Positions 1-10,961 of a DNA stretch of 64,000 nucleotides are shown piece by piece (position 1 is the stretch's first letter; every line of letters begins with the position of its first letter). Source of the stretch: an uncultured Candidatus Micrarchaeota archaeon (GTDB taxonomy: Archaea > Micrarchaeota > Micrarchaeia > Micrarchaeales > CABMGC01); NCBI GenBank assembly GCA_963833485.1, contig CAWHXT010000005.1:114845-178844 (forward strand). Reading direction: 5' to 3'. A program made the translations under genes and the position numbers. The notes below the pieces were generated by a model. The model saw only the letters and a program-made list of their open reading frames with translations. It did not search any database and was not told the DNA's origin.

Positions 1-375
1 GACCTTGAAACGCAGGAACTGAACTTTGAGTCGTTCTATACCCAGCTCAAGGCGATGTCAAAGATGGGACCTTTGAAGAACGTACTTGGGATGATGGGCG
101 CAGTTGATGTTCCAAAGGATATGGTTGAGCAAAGCGAAGCGAAGCTGAACAAGTATAAGGCGATAATAGGCTCGATGACAAAAAAGGAAAGAGAGAATGA
201 GAAGCTGATGAGAGATCCAAAGAGAATAAGGAGAGTTGCTTCCGGAAGCGGATGCAGCGAGAAGGACGTGCGGGAGCTACTTAACGATTTCAACAAGATG
301 AAGAAGATGATGGGGGCGATGCAGAACGACAGGGACCTGAAGAGAAGATTATCAAAATTCATGCCTGGAGGCTGA
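1..375 (+). CDS. srp54: Signal recognition particle protein SRP54, C-terminal M domain (5' partial)
   Basis: Met-rich M domain with KMGPL...AIIGSMTKKER...RIRRVASGSG motifs; frame open from position 1. Confidence 0.93.
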   Translation, partial: DLETQELNFESFYTQLKAMSKMGPLKNVLGMMGAVDVPKDMVEQSEAKLNKYKAIIGSMTKKERENEKLMRDPKRIRRVASGSGCSEKDVRELLNDFNKMKKMMGAMQNDRDLKRRLSKFMPGG

Positions 376-405
376 GGGTATAAAAAAGAAAAATATGAAA
401 TACAA

Positions 406-430
406 AAATCTCAAACAAACTTTGAGATTT
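406..430. terminator. Hairpin between convergent srp54 and small basic ORF
   Basis: AAATCTCAAA-caaac-TTTGAGATTT 10-bp inverted repeat, followed by T-rich tract on the minus strand. Confidence 0.5.
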
Positions 431-482
431 ATCTTCTCGTTCTTTTTCGAGTAGTTCGCCTTGTTCTTTTTCTAGCCGCCAT
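429..482 (-). CDS. 17-aa Arg-rich micropeptide MAARKRTRRTTRKRTRR
   Basis: ATG..TAA read manually; GAAGTGA SD-like motif upstream, TTTAAATA box about 45 nt upstream, hairpin downstream. Confidence 0.55.
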   Translation of the reverse strand: MAARKRTRRTTRKRTRR

Positions 483-544
483 GTTGGTCACTTCAAAACA
501 TTTAAAAATAATGTCAATAAAGATATTTAAACTCGCATTAATAA

Positions 545-1708
545 ATGCATGAATCTCATAATAAAATAGATATACAAGTAAAAGATTTTGGGATTTTTGT
601 GCCAGATAAGAAGAAACTTGAAGAAAAAATAGAAGAACTGCAGAAGGAATATTCTAAAACAAAATACAACAAAGCGACAAACAAGTACCTTGGCATCTTG
701 AGAGCAAAGATCGCTGCAGCAAAAAGAAAGATAAGTTCGCAGAAGCGAAGGAAGGGAACAGGATTCCTGATCAAGAAATCGGGAGACGCAACAGTTGCAC
801 TTGTAGGATTTCCAAATGCAGGGAAGTCTTTGCTGCTTAGCAATATCACAGACGTGGAATCGAAGGTTGCAGCCTATGCCTTTACAACGGTTGATTTAAT
901 ACCTGCAACCCTGAGGTACAAGGGAGCTAGCATACAGATGTTTGATCTTCCTGGGTTGATTGAAGGCGCACATATAGGAAGGGGTGGTGGAGCGCAGATT
1001 GCAAGTGCTATCAGAGTTTCGGATCTCCTTCTTTTTGTGGTAGATTCGAACGCACATTATAATCTTTACACATTGCTTGAAGAATTGGGTGATTTGGGCA
1101 TTAAGGCGGGAAAGAAAAAACCGAAGATACTGATAGAGAAAACAAAAGGAGGAGGAGTGCTGATCGAAGCCCAAAGGCGTCGCACACCGGACAAACGTAC
1201 AGTAACCAAGATTCTAAACGAGTTTGGAGTGTTCAACTGTAAAGTAATTTTCATGGAGGACGCTGGGGAAGACGAACTCATAGATGCAATTTCTGAGAAT
1301 AACGTTTACATTGACGCTATTGTAGCGCTCAACAAGATAGATCTCAGCAAGAACTATAACGAAGTCATGAAGGAGATCATAGAAAAGACCGGCTTGAAAG
1401 TTATTCCAATAAGTGCATTGCAGCATACTAACCTTGAAGCGCTAAAAGAGATCATTTTTGAGGAACTGAAACTAAACAGGATTTACCTGAAGCCGAAAGA
1501 GGGCGAACCTGATTTCGAAAAGCCAGTGATAGTAAGAGAGGGGAGCAACGTTTATGACGCTGCAATAAAGATACACAGCAGTATCGCTGAAAATCTGAAG
1601 TATGCATATGTGACTGGCAAGAGTGTGAAGTTCAAGAACCAGAAAGTCGGCAAGGAACACAAACTTGCGGATGAAGATGTGGTAACACTAGTTTATCAAA
1701 ACGTCTAA
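545..1708 (+). CDS. DRG/OBG-family GTPase with TGS domain (true start may be GTG 599)
   Basis: GFPNAGKS, AYAFTT, DLPG, NKID motifs; C-terminal TGS-like domain. Confidence 0.92.
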   Translation: MHESHNKIDIQVKDFGIFVPDKKKLEEKIEELQKEYSKTKYNKATNKYLGILRAKIAAAKRKISSQKRRKGTGFLIKKSGDATVALVGFPNAGKSLLLSNITDVESKVAAYAFTTVDLIPATLRYKGASIQMFDLPGLIEGAHIGRGGGAQIASAIRVSDLLLFVVDSNAHYNLYTLLEELGDLGIKAGKKKPKILIEKTKGGGVLIEAQRRRTPDKRTVTKILNEFGVFNCKVIFMEDAGEDELIDAISENNVYIDAIVALNKIDLSKNYNEVMKEIIEKTGLKVIPISALQHTNLEALKEIIFEELKLNRIYLKPKEGEPDFEKPVIVREGSNVYDAAIKIHSSIAENLKYAYVTGKSVKFKNQKVGKEHKLADEDVVTLVYQNV

Positions 1709-1878
1709 TCTTAGTAGAAGCTGTTAAAACTATCTTAATATGGTTACTAGCGGCGAGATCGTTGTCTTGAGCCTAGACTGGTGGATATCGCGTTTGCTGG
1801 TTTAGATTGTTGATGATGCAGAGTGCCAGTACTCCAAATTTATGAAAATGTTTAATAAGTTATAACAACATAATAGTA

Positions 1879-2400
1879 GTGGCGATACAGTTGACAATCA
1901 GGTATTGGGAATTTGAAGATGCACCATTAAGGGAAAAACTGAAGAACCCTAATGTGAAGGAGATAGCCAAGATATACTTCGACAACGAGACTAAAGCTTA
2001 CAGATTTGCGAAGGCACTTCTTGAAGTTAAGAAGAGGGGTAATGTGAGGCTGAAGGATTGCAGCAAAGAGCTTCCGCTTGCGACATGGAAGAGGTATCTT
2101 GATTTTGGAGTAAACGTTGGCATATTGAAACACGAAAACAGCGCCTATTCTTTCACAGACAGGTATTCTAAGCCTCTGAAGAACATCGCAACCTACATAA
2201 AAAGCTGGATAGATTCGAATAGCAGCGATGATGCAGAAATCCTATTTGCAAATGCAAAGATGGAGAAGCAGCAGAAGAGGGGCGGGAGAACAATGCAGGA
2301 AGGCCCAGCAGCGCCAAATAAACCAGAACCAGATGAGATGTTAGGAGCGCAGATTGGGCGCATGCAGGAAAACAATAACCAAGACAACGTTGCTGCATAA
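1879..2400 (+). CDS. Hypothetical protein, possible winged-helix domain with disordered tail
   Basis: 173-aa ORF with TATA-like upstream sequence; LPLATWKRYLDFGVNVGIL resembles an HTH-wing. Confidence 0.55.
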   Translation: MAIQLTIRYWEFEDAPLREKLKNPNVKEIAKIYFDNETKAYRFAKALLEVKKRGNVRLKDCSKELPLATWKRYLDFGVNVGILKHENSAYSFTDRYSKPLKNIATYIKSWIDSNSSDDAEILFANAKMEKQQKRGGRTMQEGPAAPNKPEPDEMLGAQIGRMQENNNQDNVAA

Positions 2401-2412
2401 AGCTGAAAGCTT

Positions 2413-3873
2413 TTATTCCTTGTGCCACTTGACGCCATCCTTTGTGTCCTCAAGCAGTATATGATATTTTTCCTTCAGCATCTTTCTTATAGAGTCGGCC
2501 TTAGTGAAATCCTTATTTTTTCTTGCATCTTCTCTCTCAGCAACCAGCCTTTCAACTTCGTCAGGAATTTCCTTGCTGATGTTGAGATGCGTCTCAAAAT
2601 CTAACCCAAGAAGTTTGTCGAACTCTAACATCTTCTTTACGATGAGATTTGCTTCACCTTTGCTGAGCATTCCAGCTTCTCTCCTTTTGTTTGTAGCGCT
2701 TATGAGCGCGTGTAGCACAGATAACGCAACCGGTGTGTTGAGGTCGTTATTTAGAGCAGCATAGAAATCTTTCTCCATCTTCCTTACTCCGACAACGAAT
2801 TCCTTATGATTCTGCGCTTCAACATCGCGCTGAATCTCCGACAGTCTTTCCATAAACGAGTATATGCCAAACAGAGTTTTTTGCGCATTGGAGAGTGCCT
2901 CAAACGTGAAATTGATCTTGCTCCTGTAATGTGCGGATAGGATAAAATACTTGAAAGTCATTGGAGAGAAATCTCTCTTGATAAGATCACTAAGAAGATA
3001 GACGTTTCCTAGCGATTTCGAGATCTTAGTGCCATTTACGTTAAGAAATTGGTTGTGAACCCAGTAGTTTACGAAATTCTTTCCAGTCGCTGACTCAGAT
3101 TGTGCGATCTCATTAGTATGATGTATTGGTATGTGATCGACACCTCCGGAATGAATGTCCAATTGCTCCCCAAGATAATGCATGCTCATTGCGCTGCACT
3201 CTATGTGCCAGCCTGGAAATCCTCTCCCAAACTTTGAGTCCCATATCATCTCCCCTTCCTTGTCTAAAAATCTCCATACGGCAAAATCTGTAACATTTTT
3301 CAGACCAGCAGCCCTTTCGACCCTTGCTCCCGCCTTGAGAAACTTATTCAGCTTTTTGAAAGTCATGCCTGAAAGCTTTCCGTAAGCCTTGAATTTTGAC
3401 GTATCAAAATACAGACCCGTCTTTACCTTGTAAAGATAACCTTTCTTGTCAAGGATATCTACCAGATCGAGCATCTTTTCTATGTGTTCTGAGGCTCTGG
3501 GCATGACATCTGGCAATGGAACGTTGAGCAGCTCTAGATCCTTGATGAAAGCTTCAGTGTAAAATTTAGCTATTTCGTGCTCACTCTTATGTTCTCTTTC
3601 CGCTGCTGAGCGCACCTTGTCCTCTCCAATGCTTCCGTCACCAAAAAGATGACCGACATCGGTTATGTTCATTACGTGATTCACTTCATAAGAATTCAAC
3701 TTCAGTACCCTCTTTAAAAGATCGGAGATGATATATGGCCTAAGATTGCCTATGTGAGCGTAGCTGTAGACTGTAGGGCCACAGCTATAAAACCCGACCT
3801 TTTTTCCACTTATGCTCTTGAACTTTTGCTTCTTGCGTGCAAGAGTATTGTATAAGAGAAGCAATGATATCAC
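2413..3873 (-). CDS. cysS: Cysteine--tRNA ligase
   Basis: CGPTVY..AHIGN, PGWHIECSAM, KISKS. Confidence 0.97.
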   Translation of the reverse strand: MISLLLLYNTLARKKQKFKSISGKKVGFYSCGPTVYSYAHIGNLRPYIISDLLKRVLKLNSYEVNHVMNITDVGHLFGDGSIGEDKVRSAAEREHKSEHEIAKFYTEAFIKDLELLNVPLPDVMPRASEHIEKMLDLVDILDKKGYLYKVKTGLYFDTSKFKAYGKLSGMTFKKLNKFLKAGARVERAAGLKNVTDFAVWRFLDKEGEMIWDSKFGRGFPGWHIECSAMSMHYLGEQLDIHSGGVDHIPIHHTNEIAQSESATGKNFVNYWVHNQFLNVNGTKISKSLGNVYLLSDLIKRDFSPMTFKYFILSAHYRSKINFTFEALSNAQKTLFGIYSFMERLSEIQRDVEAQNHKEFVVGVRKMEKDFYAALNNDLNTPVALSVLHALISATNKRREAGMLSKGEANLIVKKMLEFDKLLGLDFETHLNISKEIPDEVERLVAEREDARKNKDFTKADSIRKMLKEKYHILLEDTKDGVKWHKE

Positions 3874-4633
3874 TTAGCTGACTATTATCCCAGGCGTTTG
3901 AACTGGGGTCTTACCAAGAGTGAAGTCTCCAACTGCGATGTACTGCTCCCTGTCTGCAGCACCTCCAACCACACTAGCGACCACTTTTATCGAGACATTT
4001 TGACATAGGAATGCTGATAGAGCTATGCTGGCGTTGACGAACTGACTTGGAGCAAAAGTGTTGTTTCGCGCTGCGTAGGTGTTATAGTGCGTAGTTATCA
4101 GAGGGTCGTCAGAAGATGAAAGTATCTGAATGTAAAGATCGTTGTTTTCTGGGGATACTATCTTGAAGTTTAGATAAGGCTCTATCACCTCAAACTTGTG
4201 TGATGTTAGGTTTCCTGCCTCAACGTTTATGCCTCCCTCATATGTTGTGGCAACGAAGGTTCCGTTGTACCCTTCCCATGTGTGATTGTAGTATGCGCCG
4301 TTCTGATTTGCTGCAGTCAGATTGAATGGAGCCGTACCGAAGCCGGTGCCTGTTGCATTCCAGTAAGAATAGTCTCCTGTTGCAAAGTCACCATTTTTCA
4401 GCGGCACGTCCTGCAAAGGTGATAAGCAACTACCTACAGGTATTATCGATGTTGTTGTGCTGCCGCCTGGGCCTTTCTTTATTGTTGTGGTCTGGGTAGT
4501 AGATGTTGTAGACTTGCTGCTCACGGCAGTAGTCTTGACTGTTGTGAATGAACCTTTACCTGTAAAAACCGATAACCGCCACTACGATAATGAAAATCAA
4601 TACTACAGCATACGCGATGTAACCTTTCTGCAT
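3874..4633 (-). CDS. Secreted/surface protein with Thr-rich linker; apparent frameshift near 4565
   Basis: Signal-like MQKGYIAYAVVLIFIIVVAVIGF lies in another frame and joins the 3874..4524 ORF across a T5 run. Confidence 0.65.
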
Positions 4634-4831
4634 TCAACCAACTATTTAATACTGAATTAATAGAAAGAGTTATTTAAACCCATGCGAAAGTCAGAAACAG
4701 GCATAATGGAACATAACCAATAGGTGGGTTCAGTATAGGAAAAATGTCATAATATATTTAAGTCTTCTGATACATAATTATCCTGGACTTCTGACTAAAT
4801 GTTAGAGGTATTGCTATTCTTAGGTGTATAT

Positions 4832-5080
4832 TTGCCTGGCGAGAGAGACCATGCTCTGACATATTATGAGAATATGTTAGTTCCAAAACACGAAATTCTT
4901 AGCGAGAACGAGGCTAAGAAAGCACTCGAGGAGCTAAAGACGAACGCAGACAAGCTTCCTAGAATATTCAACCACGACCCGGCTCTTGCTGGCAAAGGAA
5001 AGAAAGGACAGATCGTGAAGATAACTAGAGAGGACATCCACGGCAAAAAGTACGCATACTACAGAGTAATCATTGATTAG
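4832..5080 (+). CDS. rpoH: RNA polymerase subunit H (Rpo5), probable TTG start
   Basis: LVPKHEIL..LPRI...DPA..G..VKITR..YYRVI; first gene of the rpo operon. Confidence 0.93.
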   Translation: MPGERDHALTYYENMLVPKHEILSENEAKKALEELKTNADKLPRIFNHDPALAGKGKKGQIVKITREDIHGKKYAYYRVIID

Positions 5081-5088
5081 CTGATATT

Positions 5089-6561
5089 ATGAGCAACGAA
5101 TTAATTGACTCTTACATAAACTTATCTACCCTGTTGCAGCATCAGGTGGAGAGCTTCAACAGATTTGTTGATTTCGGATTGCAGAAGATAATCGACAAGC
5201 AGGGATCCATAGAGCCCAACGTCGAGGGGTTCTCGCTTAAGCTGGGAAAGATAAGGCTAGACAAGCCTTCGATAATAGAAGCGGACAGCTCTAGGAGAAA
5301 CGTACTTCCGAACGAGGCCAGACTTAGGAACCTTACTTACTCCGCGCCAATGTTCCTTGAATTCATCCCAGTTGTCAGAGGGATAGAGAAGCCAGCATCA
5401 TACGGCGAAGTGTTCGTAGGCGAACTTCCAGTAATGCTTAAGAGCAACCTCTGCCACACCAGAAACATGACGCAGAACCAGTTCATAGAAAATGGAGAGG
5501 ACGCTCTGGATCCTGGAGGCTACTTCATAATAAAGGGCACTGAAAGGGTTCTCATTGGTTTGGAGGATCTTGCGCCGAACAGGATAATCGCGACAAAGGA
5601 GAAGGGCAACTCGGAGGTGGTTAGCAAAGTATTCTCCACAGCTGCGGGATTCAGGGCGAGGTGCGTAGTCTCAAGAGACCTCCACGGAATCTACACTGTT
5701 AACTTCCCAACAGCACCTAAGCCGATAAACCTTCTAGTGATGCTGAGAGCTCTTGGACTGCAGCCGAAAGAGATGATAGAAGCTGTTCAAGATATACAAG
5801 TGGTAAAGAACGATATACTGCTGAACATAGAGGTAAGCGACATAAAGGATCAGGGACCTACCGAAGCGATATTGGAAATAGGAAAGCTCGCTGCGCCAGG
5901 ACAGGCAAAGGAGTACCAGCAGAAGAGGGCGGAGACACAGGTTGACACTTATCTTCTTCCACATCTCGGAACCGAGCCTGCGGCTAGAAAGGGCAAGGCG
6001 AGATATCTTATAGAGATGGTGAAGAAGGCTTCACTTGTCGCAAACAACTACATAAAACAGGACGACAAGGATCACTATGCAAACAAGCGTGTGAAGTTCT
6101 CAGGAGAGCTTATGGAGGAGCTGTTCGCATACGCGTTTAGGTTCTTTGTCAAGGACGTCAAGTACCAGATAGAGAGGACGAGCGCAAGAGGAAGGAAGAT
6201 GACTATTCAGACGATAATAAGCCCCGACACGCTTACGGAAAAGATAAACTACGCAATGGGAACAGGGACTTGGGTCGCAGGACAGACAGGAGTCTCCCAG
6301 GTTCTTGACAGGACGAACATGATAAGCACCATAACCCACTTAAGAAGGATAAAGTCGCCGCTTGCAAAGAAGCATCCGCACTTCCGAGCCAGAGACGTTC
6401 ATGGAACACAGTGGGGTAAGATCTGCCCAAGTGAGACGCCTGAAGGACAGGAGGTCGGGCTGACCAAGTACCTTGCGGTCATGGCGGTGCCTACCGTAGG
6501 TGCGGATGAAAAGATGACTGAGCAGAAGGTTAAGGAGCTTACAAATATCGAGAGTATATAG
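5089..6561 (+). CDS. rpoB2: RNA polymerase subunit B'' (Rpo2N)
   Basis: EARLRNLTYSAP, DPGGYFII, CPSETPEG. Confidence 0.97.
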   Translation: MSNELIDSYINLSTLLQHQVESFNRFVDFGLQKIIDKQGSIEPNVEGFSLKLGKIRLDKPSIIEADSSRRNVLPNEARLRNLTYSAPMFLEFIPVVRGIEKPASYGEVFVGELPVMLKSNLCHTRNMTQNQFIENGEDALDPGGYFIIKGTERVLIGLEDLAPNRIIATKEKGNSEVVSKVFSTAAGFRARCVVSRDLHGIYTVNFPTAPKPINLLVMLRALGLQPKEMIEAVQDIQVVKNDILLNIEVSDIKDQGPTEAILEIGKLAAPGQAKEYQQKRAETQVDTYLLPHLGTEPAARKGKARYLIEMVKKASLVANNYIKQDDKDHYANKRVKFSGELMEELFAYAFRFFVKDVKYQIERTSARGRKMTIQTIISPDTLTEKINYAMGTGTWVAGQTGVSQVLDRTNMISTITHLRRIKSPLAKKHPHFRARDVHGTQWGKICPSETPEGQEVGLTKYLAVMAVPTVGADEKMTEQKVKELTNIESI

Positions 6562-6564
6562 GTT

Positions 6565-8400
6565 ATGATTATGGGAAACCAGATTAACGAGAAATGCTAC
6601 GTTTACATCAACGGTAGAATTCTTGGATTTGTGAAGGACGGTGCTGCACTCGCGCGCGAGATAAGAGGCGCTAGGAGGAGTGGAAGCATCTCTGGAGAAG
6701 TCAATGTAATATACTTGAACAAACTAAACGCAGTGCACATCAACACAGACAACGGCAGGATAAGGAAACCGTACATAATAGTTGAGGATGGGAAATCAAA
6801 GTTTACGCCAGAGCTTTTGGACAAGCTAGTCAAGAAGGATATAGACTTCGGCTACCTGAAGAGGCATGGAATAATAGAGTATCTAGATGCGGAGGAGGAA
6901 GAGAACGCGCTGGTTGCCTTTGACGAGAGCCAGATAACAAAGGACACCACACACCTAGAGTTTGATGTTACTGGAATGTTCGGATTTACGATAAATACAG
7001 CGCCTTATCCTGAGCACAACAGCGCCGCAAGGCACGCAATGATATCTAACTTCATAAAGCAGAGCCAGGGGCTTTACGCGACGAACTTCAACTTGAGATT
7101 TGATTCAAGATCATACTTATTGTTCTATCCGCAGAGGCCGATAGTTTCCACAAGCGTTTACAAGTCTGCGGGAATTGAGAAGCATCCTAGCGGACAGAAC
7201 TTTGTCGTAGCACTAACCACCTACTACGGCTACAACATGTCGGACGCGGTGGTCCTGAACAAGGGGGCAGTTGATAGAGGGTTGGGAAGAAGCATGTTTT
7301 ACAAGACCTATCAGGACGAGGAGAGGAGATATCCTGGAGGGCAGAAAGACGTATTCAAAGTGCCTCCGCCAACTGCTGAGGGGTACTTGGGAGAACACGC
7401 TTATTCAAAGCTTAGCGACGATGGGATAATAGAGCCGGAGACCACAGTGGAAGAGGGAGATGTGCTAATAGGTAAGGTTGCACCTCCGAGATTCCTTGAA
7501 GAGAGCATAAGCGCATCTGGGCTTGAGGAGAAGATCAGGGATGACTCAGCAACGCTGAAGGCTGGAGAGGCTGGAGTGGTGGACAGTGTTATATTTACAG
7601 AGTCTACAGGAGCAACTAAGGTGGTAAAGGTTAGGATAAGGGGATTGAGAGTACCTGAGAAAGGCGACAAGTTCGCAAGCAGGCACGGTCAGAAGGGAGT
7701 TGCTGCTTACATAGTGCCACAGGAAGACATGCCATTCAACGAGCAGGGAATAGTGCCGGATCTGCTTCTGAACCCTCACGGAATTCCAAACAGGTTAACA
7801 TTCGGGCACCTGTTGGAGGAGATAGGAGGGAAGGCAGGTGCTGTAGGAGGGAAGATAATCGACGGTACTGCGTTCGTTGAGCGCGGATCCGACAGAATAG
7901 CCGATTATGGTAATATACTTCAGCAATACGGATTCAGCAGCGAAGGAGATGAGATACTTTACGACGGTCTAACAGGAAGACCGTTCAAGACGAAGATATT
8001 CAACGGTATCGTCTACTACAACAGACTTTACCACATGGTAAGTAACAAGTTGCAAGTGAGAAGCAGAGGGCCAGTGCAGATACTCACCCACCAGCCTACT
8101 GAAGGAAAGGCAAGGCAGGGAGGACTTAGGTTCGGTGAGATGGAAAGGGACGTGCTTGTTGGTTACGGCGCGAGCCTTCTTCTGAAGGAGAGGCTGCTGG
8201 ACCAGAGCGACAAGGCGCCTGTGCTCATATGCAGGGACTGCGGGAACATAGGTTACCATGATTACATAAAGAAGATTGATATTTGCCCGATATGCGGAGG
8301 GAACAACATAGCTGAAGTAGAGATAAGCTACGCGTTCAAGCTGCTGCTTGACGAGATAAAGTCGATGCACATATTCCCTAGGGTGAAGATAAAGGAGTGA
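6565..8400 (+). CDS. rpoB1: RNA polymerase subunit B' (Rpo2C)
   Basis: GDKFASRHGQKG, GGLRFGEMERD, C-terminal Zn ribbon. Confidence 0.97.
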   Translation: MIMGNQINEKCYVYINGRILGFVKDGAALAREIRGARRSGSISGEVNVIYLNKLNAVHINTDNGRIRKPYIIVEDGKSKFTPELLDKLVKKDIDFGYLKRHGIIEYLDAEEEENALVAFDESQITKDTTHLEFDVTGMFGFTINTAPYPEHNSAARHAMISNFIKQSQGLYATNFNLRFDSRSYLLFYPQRPIVSTSVYKSAGIEKHPSGQNFVVALTTYYGYNMSDAVVLNKGAVDRGLGRSMFYKTYQDEERRYPGGQKDVFKVPPPTAEGYLGEHAYSKLSDDGIIEPETTVEEGDVLIGKVAPPRFLEESISASGLEEKIRDDSATLKAGEAGVVDSVIFTESTGATKVVKVRIRGLRVPEKGDKFASRHGQKGVAAYIVPQEDMPFNEQGIVPDLLLNPHGIPNRLTFGHLLEEIGGKAGAVGGKIIDGTAFVERGSDRIADYGNILQQYGFSSEGDEILYDGLTGRPFKTKIFNGIVYYNRLYHMVSNKLQVRSRGPVQILTHQPTEGKARQGGLRFGEMERDVLVGYGASLLLKERLLDQSDKAPVLICRDCGNIGYHDYIKKIDICPICGGNNIAEVEISYAFKLLLDEIKSMHIFPRVKIKE

Positions 8401-8404
8401 TGTT

Positions 8405-10957
8405 ATGCAAGCTGAGGTCATAGACTACGTAAGGTTTGGAGTGCTCTCACTGGAGCAGATAAAGAGGCTGAGCGTAGCTAAGCTCACGGTGCCAGACACC
8501 TACAACGAGGACAGCTATCCAATAGATGGAGGTCTTCTTGACCAGAGGCTTGGTGTAATAGACCCAGGACTCATATGCAAGACGTGCGGAGCCAGGGCGA
8601 AGGTCTGCCCGGGCCACTTTGGACACATAGACCTGATAAGGCCTGTGGTGCATTCTGAATTCTCAAAGATAATCTACCTGCTGCTTCAGTCAACATGCCA
8701 GCAGTGCCACAAGGTCCTGCTTAACGATGAACAGATCGGTGGGATGAGTGAGAACATAAAGAGCCTTGTTGAAAGCGACGTCAGCGAACTGGTCGGAACA
8801 GAGAGTGAGAGGATGGACGCGAAGGACACGCTCTTCAAGAAGCTAAGGAGCATAAAGAAGTGCCCACACTGCGGAACTCCACAGCAGAAGATAAAGTTCG
8901 AGAGCCCTACTTATTTCTTCATAGGGGAGATCAGGCTGAAGCCGGACGAGATAAGAGACATACTAGCTAAGATAACGAACGATGACCTAAGACTATTGGG
9001 AATAGACCCTACATCAAGCAGGCCAGAATGGCTGATACTTTCTGCTTTGCTTGTGCCTCCAGTGAACGTGAGGCCTTCAATAACACTAGAATCTGGAGAG
9101 AGAAGCGAAGACGACTTAACACACAAGCTTGTGGACATAATGAGAATAAATCAGAGACTAGAGCAGAACATAAACGCGGGCGCACCGCAGATAATCATAG
9201 ACGACCTTTGGGAGCTGCTTCAGTATAACGTAACGACATACTTCAACAATGAGACCCCTGGAATCCCTCCGGCAAGGCACAGGAGCGGAAGGGCGCTTAA
9301 GACCCTTGCGCAGAGGCTGAAGGGCAAAGAGGGAAGGTTCAGATACAACCTTAGTGGAAAGAGAGTCAACTACTCTGCAAGAACGGTGATCTCTGTCGAT
9401 CCGTTCATCGGGATAGATGAGGTCGGAGTACCTTATGAGATCGCTAGCAGGCTTACGCTTCCTTTCTACGTCACCACATGGAACATAGAAAAAGCAAAGG
9501 AGCTTGCCATGAAGAGCGAGTACCCTATGGTTATCGGGATAATAAGCAAGGATGGAAAGAGAAAGAGGATAATCGATGCAAGCCGTGAGGAATCGGCCAA
9601 GGGAATACAGGTTGGCGATGTATTGGAAAGGCAGATCACCAATGGGGATATCGCATTATTCAACAGGCAGCCATCGCTTCACAGGATATCAATAATGGCC
9701 CACAGGGTCAAGGTTCTGCCAAGCAAGACGTTCAGAATCAACTGCTGCACAACGAGTCCTTACAACGCAGACTTTGACGGAGACGAAATGAACCTGCACA
9801 TACCACAGACGCTCGAGGCCCAGGCTGAGGCCGAATACCTGATGGACGTCAAGAACCAGGTGTTCTCGCCAAGGAACGGAGAGGCGATAATTGCAGCGGT
9901 AGAAGATGGAATAACTGGCGCTTATGATATTACACAAGATGATACAAGAATAGACAAAGAGGAAGCGTGCTATCTCTTAGGTCTCGCCAATGTGATGGAA
10001 CTCCCAGATTCAGAAAAGGACGGCACTTATACTGGAAAGAATGTAATTTCCATGCTGTTCCCGAAGGACTTCGACTTTGAAATGAAGACGAAGAAGGGCG
10101 GAGTTATTAGAATAAAGAAGGGGAAGATGATAGATGGAATATTTACAAAGGAGTCCTTCTCGCAAGGCAGCAAGATGCTTGCAAAGATGGAATTTGACTA
10201 CGGAAGCACGGTTCTCCGTGATTTCATAAACAACTCCTCAAGGTTGGCTTACGCGTACGCCACCACACACGGCCTTACTGTAGGGATAAAGGAGTACACT
10301 GTAGAAGCGAAGGTGGAGGAGGAGAGACAGAGGATCATAAAGGAGACCTTCGGAAGGGTTAGAGCGCTCATAGAGCAGTACAAGAACAAGAAACTTGACG
10401 CCCTCATCGGCTACACGCTCAAGCAGTCGCTAGAAAAGATGATAATAGCGGAGCTAGACAAGGCTAGGGAGAGCGCTGGAGAATCTATAGTGAAGTACAC
10501 GGCTAAGGACAACAATGCAGTTATCATGGTAAATGCAGGATCCAGAGGTAGCATATTCAACCTTGTGCAGATGTCGATGCTTCTTGGCCAGCAGGCAACC
10601 TCCTCAGGAGGCAGGATAAAGAGAGGCTACGCCACCAACAGGGTGCTTCCGCACATAAAGCCTGGGGACATAAGCCCGGAGGCCAAGGGATTCGTGACAA
10701 CCAACTTCTTCATCGGATTCTCTCCAATAGACATGTACATGCACGCGATCGGATCGAGAACCTCTGTAGTATACAAGGCGATGCTTACTGCGAAGTCTGG
10801 TTATCTTCAGAGAAGGCTCATAAATGCGCTTCAGGATTATCAAATTGAGAACGATCTTTCAGTCAGGGATGTTCATGGAAACATCATTCAGACTAGTTAC
10901 GGTGGGGATTCTACAGACCCGATAAAGGTGGAGATAGCAAAGTTCGCTGAGGAATGA
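8405..10957 (+). CDS. rpoA1: RNA polymerase subunit A' (Rpo1N)
   Basis: CPGHFGHI, catalytic [15 protein letters not shown]. Confidence 0.98.
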   Translation: MQAEVIDYVRFGVLSLEQIKRLSVAKLTVPDTYNEDSYPIDGGLLDQRLGVIDPGLICKTCGARAKVCPGHFGHIDLIRPVVHSEFSKIIYLLLQSTCQQCHKVLLNDEQIGGMSENIKSLVESDVSELVGTESERMDAKDTLFKKLRSIKKCPHCGTPQQKIKFESPTYFFIGEIRLKPDEIRDILAKITNDDLRLLGIDPTSSRPEWLILSALLVPPVNVRPSITLESGERSEDDLTHKLVDIMRINQRLEQNINAGAPQIIIDDLWELLQYNVTTYFNNETPGIPPARHRSGRALKTLAQRLKGKEGRFRYNLSGKRVNYSARTVISVDPFIGIDEVGVPYEIASRLTLPFYVTTWNIEKAKELAMKSEYPMVIGIISKDGKRKRIIDASREESAKGIQVGDVLERQITNGDIALFNRQPSLHRISIMAHRVKVLPSKTFRINCCTTSPYNADFDGDEMNLHIPQTLEAQAEAEYLMDVKNQVFSPRNGEAIIAAVEDGITGAYDITQDDTRIDKEEACYLLGLANVMELPDSEKDGTYTGKNVISMLFPKDFDFEMKTKKGGVIRIKKGKMIDGIFTKESFSQGSKMLAKMEFDYGSTVLRDFINNSSRLAYAYATTHGLTVGIKEYTVEAKVEEERQRIIKETFGRVRALIEQYKNKKLDALIGYTLKQSLEKMIIAELDKARESAGESIVKYTAKDNNAVIMVNAGSRGSIFNLVQMSMLLGQQATSSGGRIKRGYATNRVLPHIKPGDISPEAKGFVTTNFFIGFSPIDMYMHAIGSRTSVVYKAMLTAKSGYLQRRLINALQDYQIENDLSVRDVHGNIIQTSYGGDSTDPIKVEIAKFAEE

Positions 10958-10961
10958 TATT

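Noticed and set aside
4555-4575. Frameshift in a T5 run of a surface protein gene as possible phase variation
   Set aside because: Run is short and the assembly has indel errors elsewhere; needs reads
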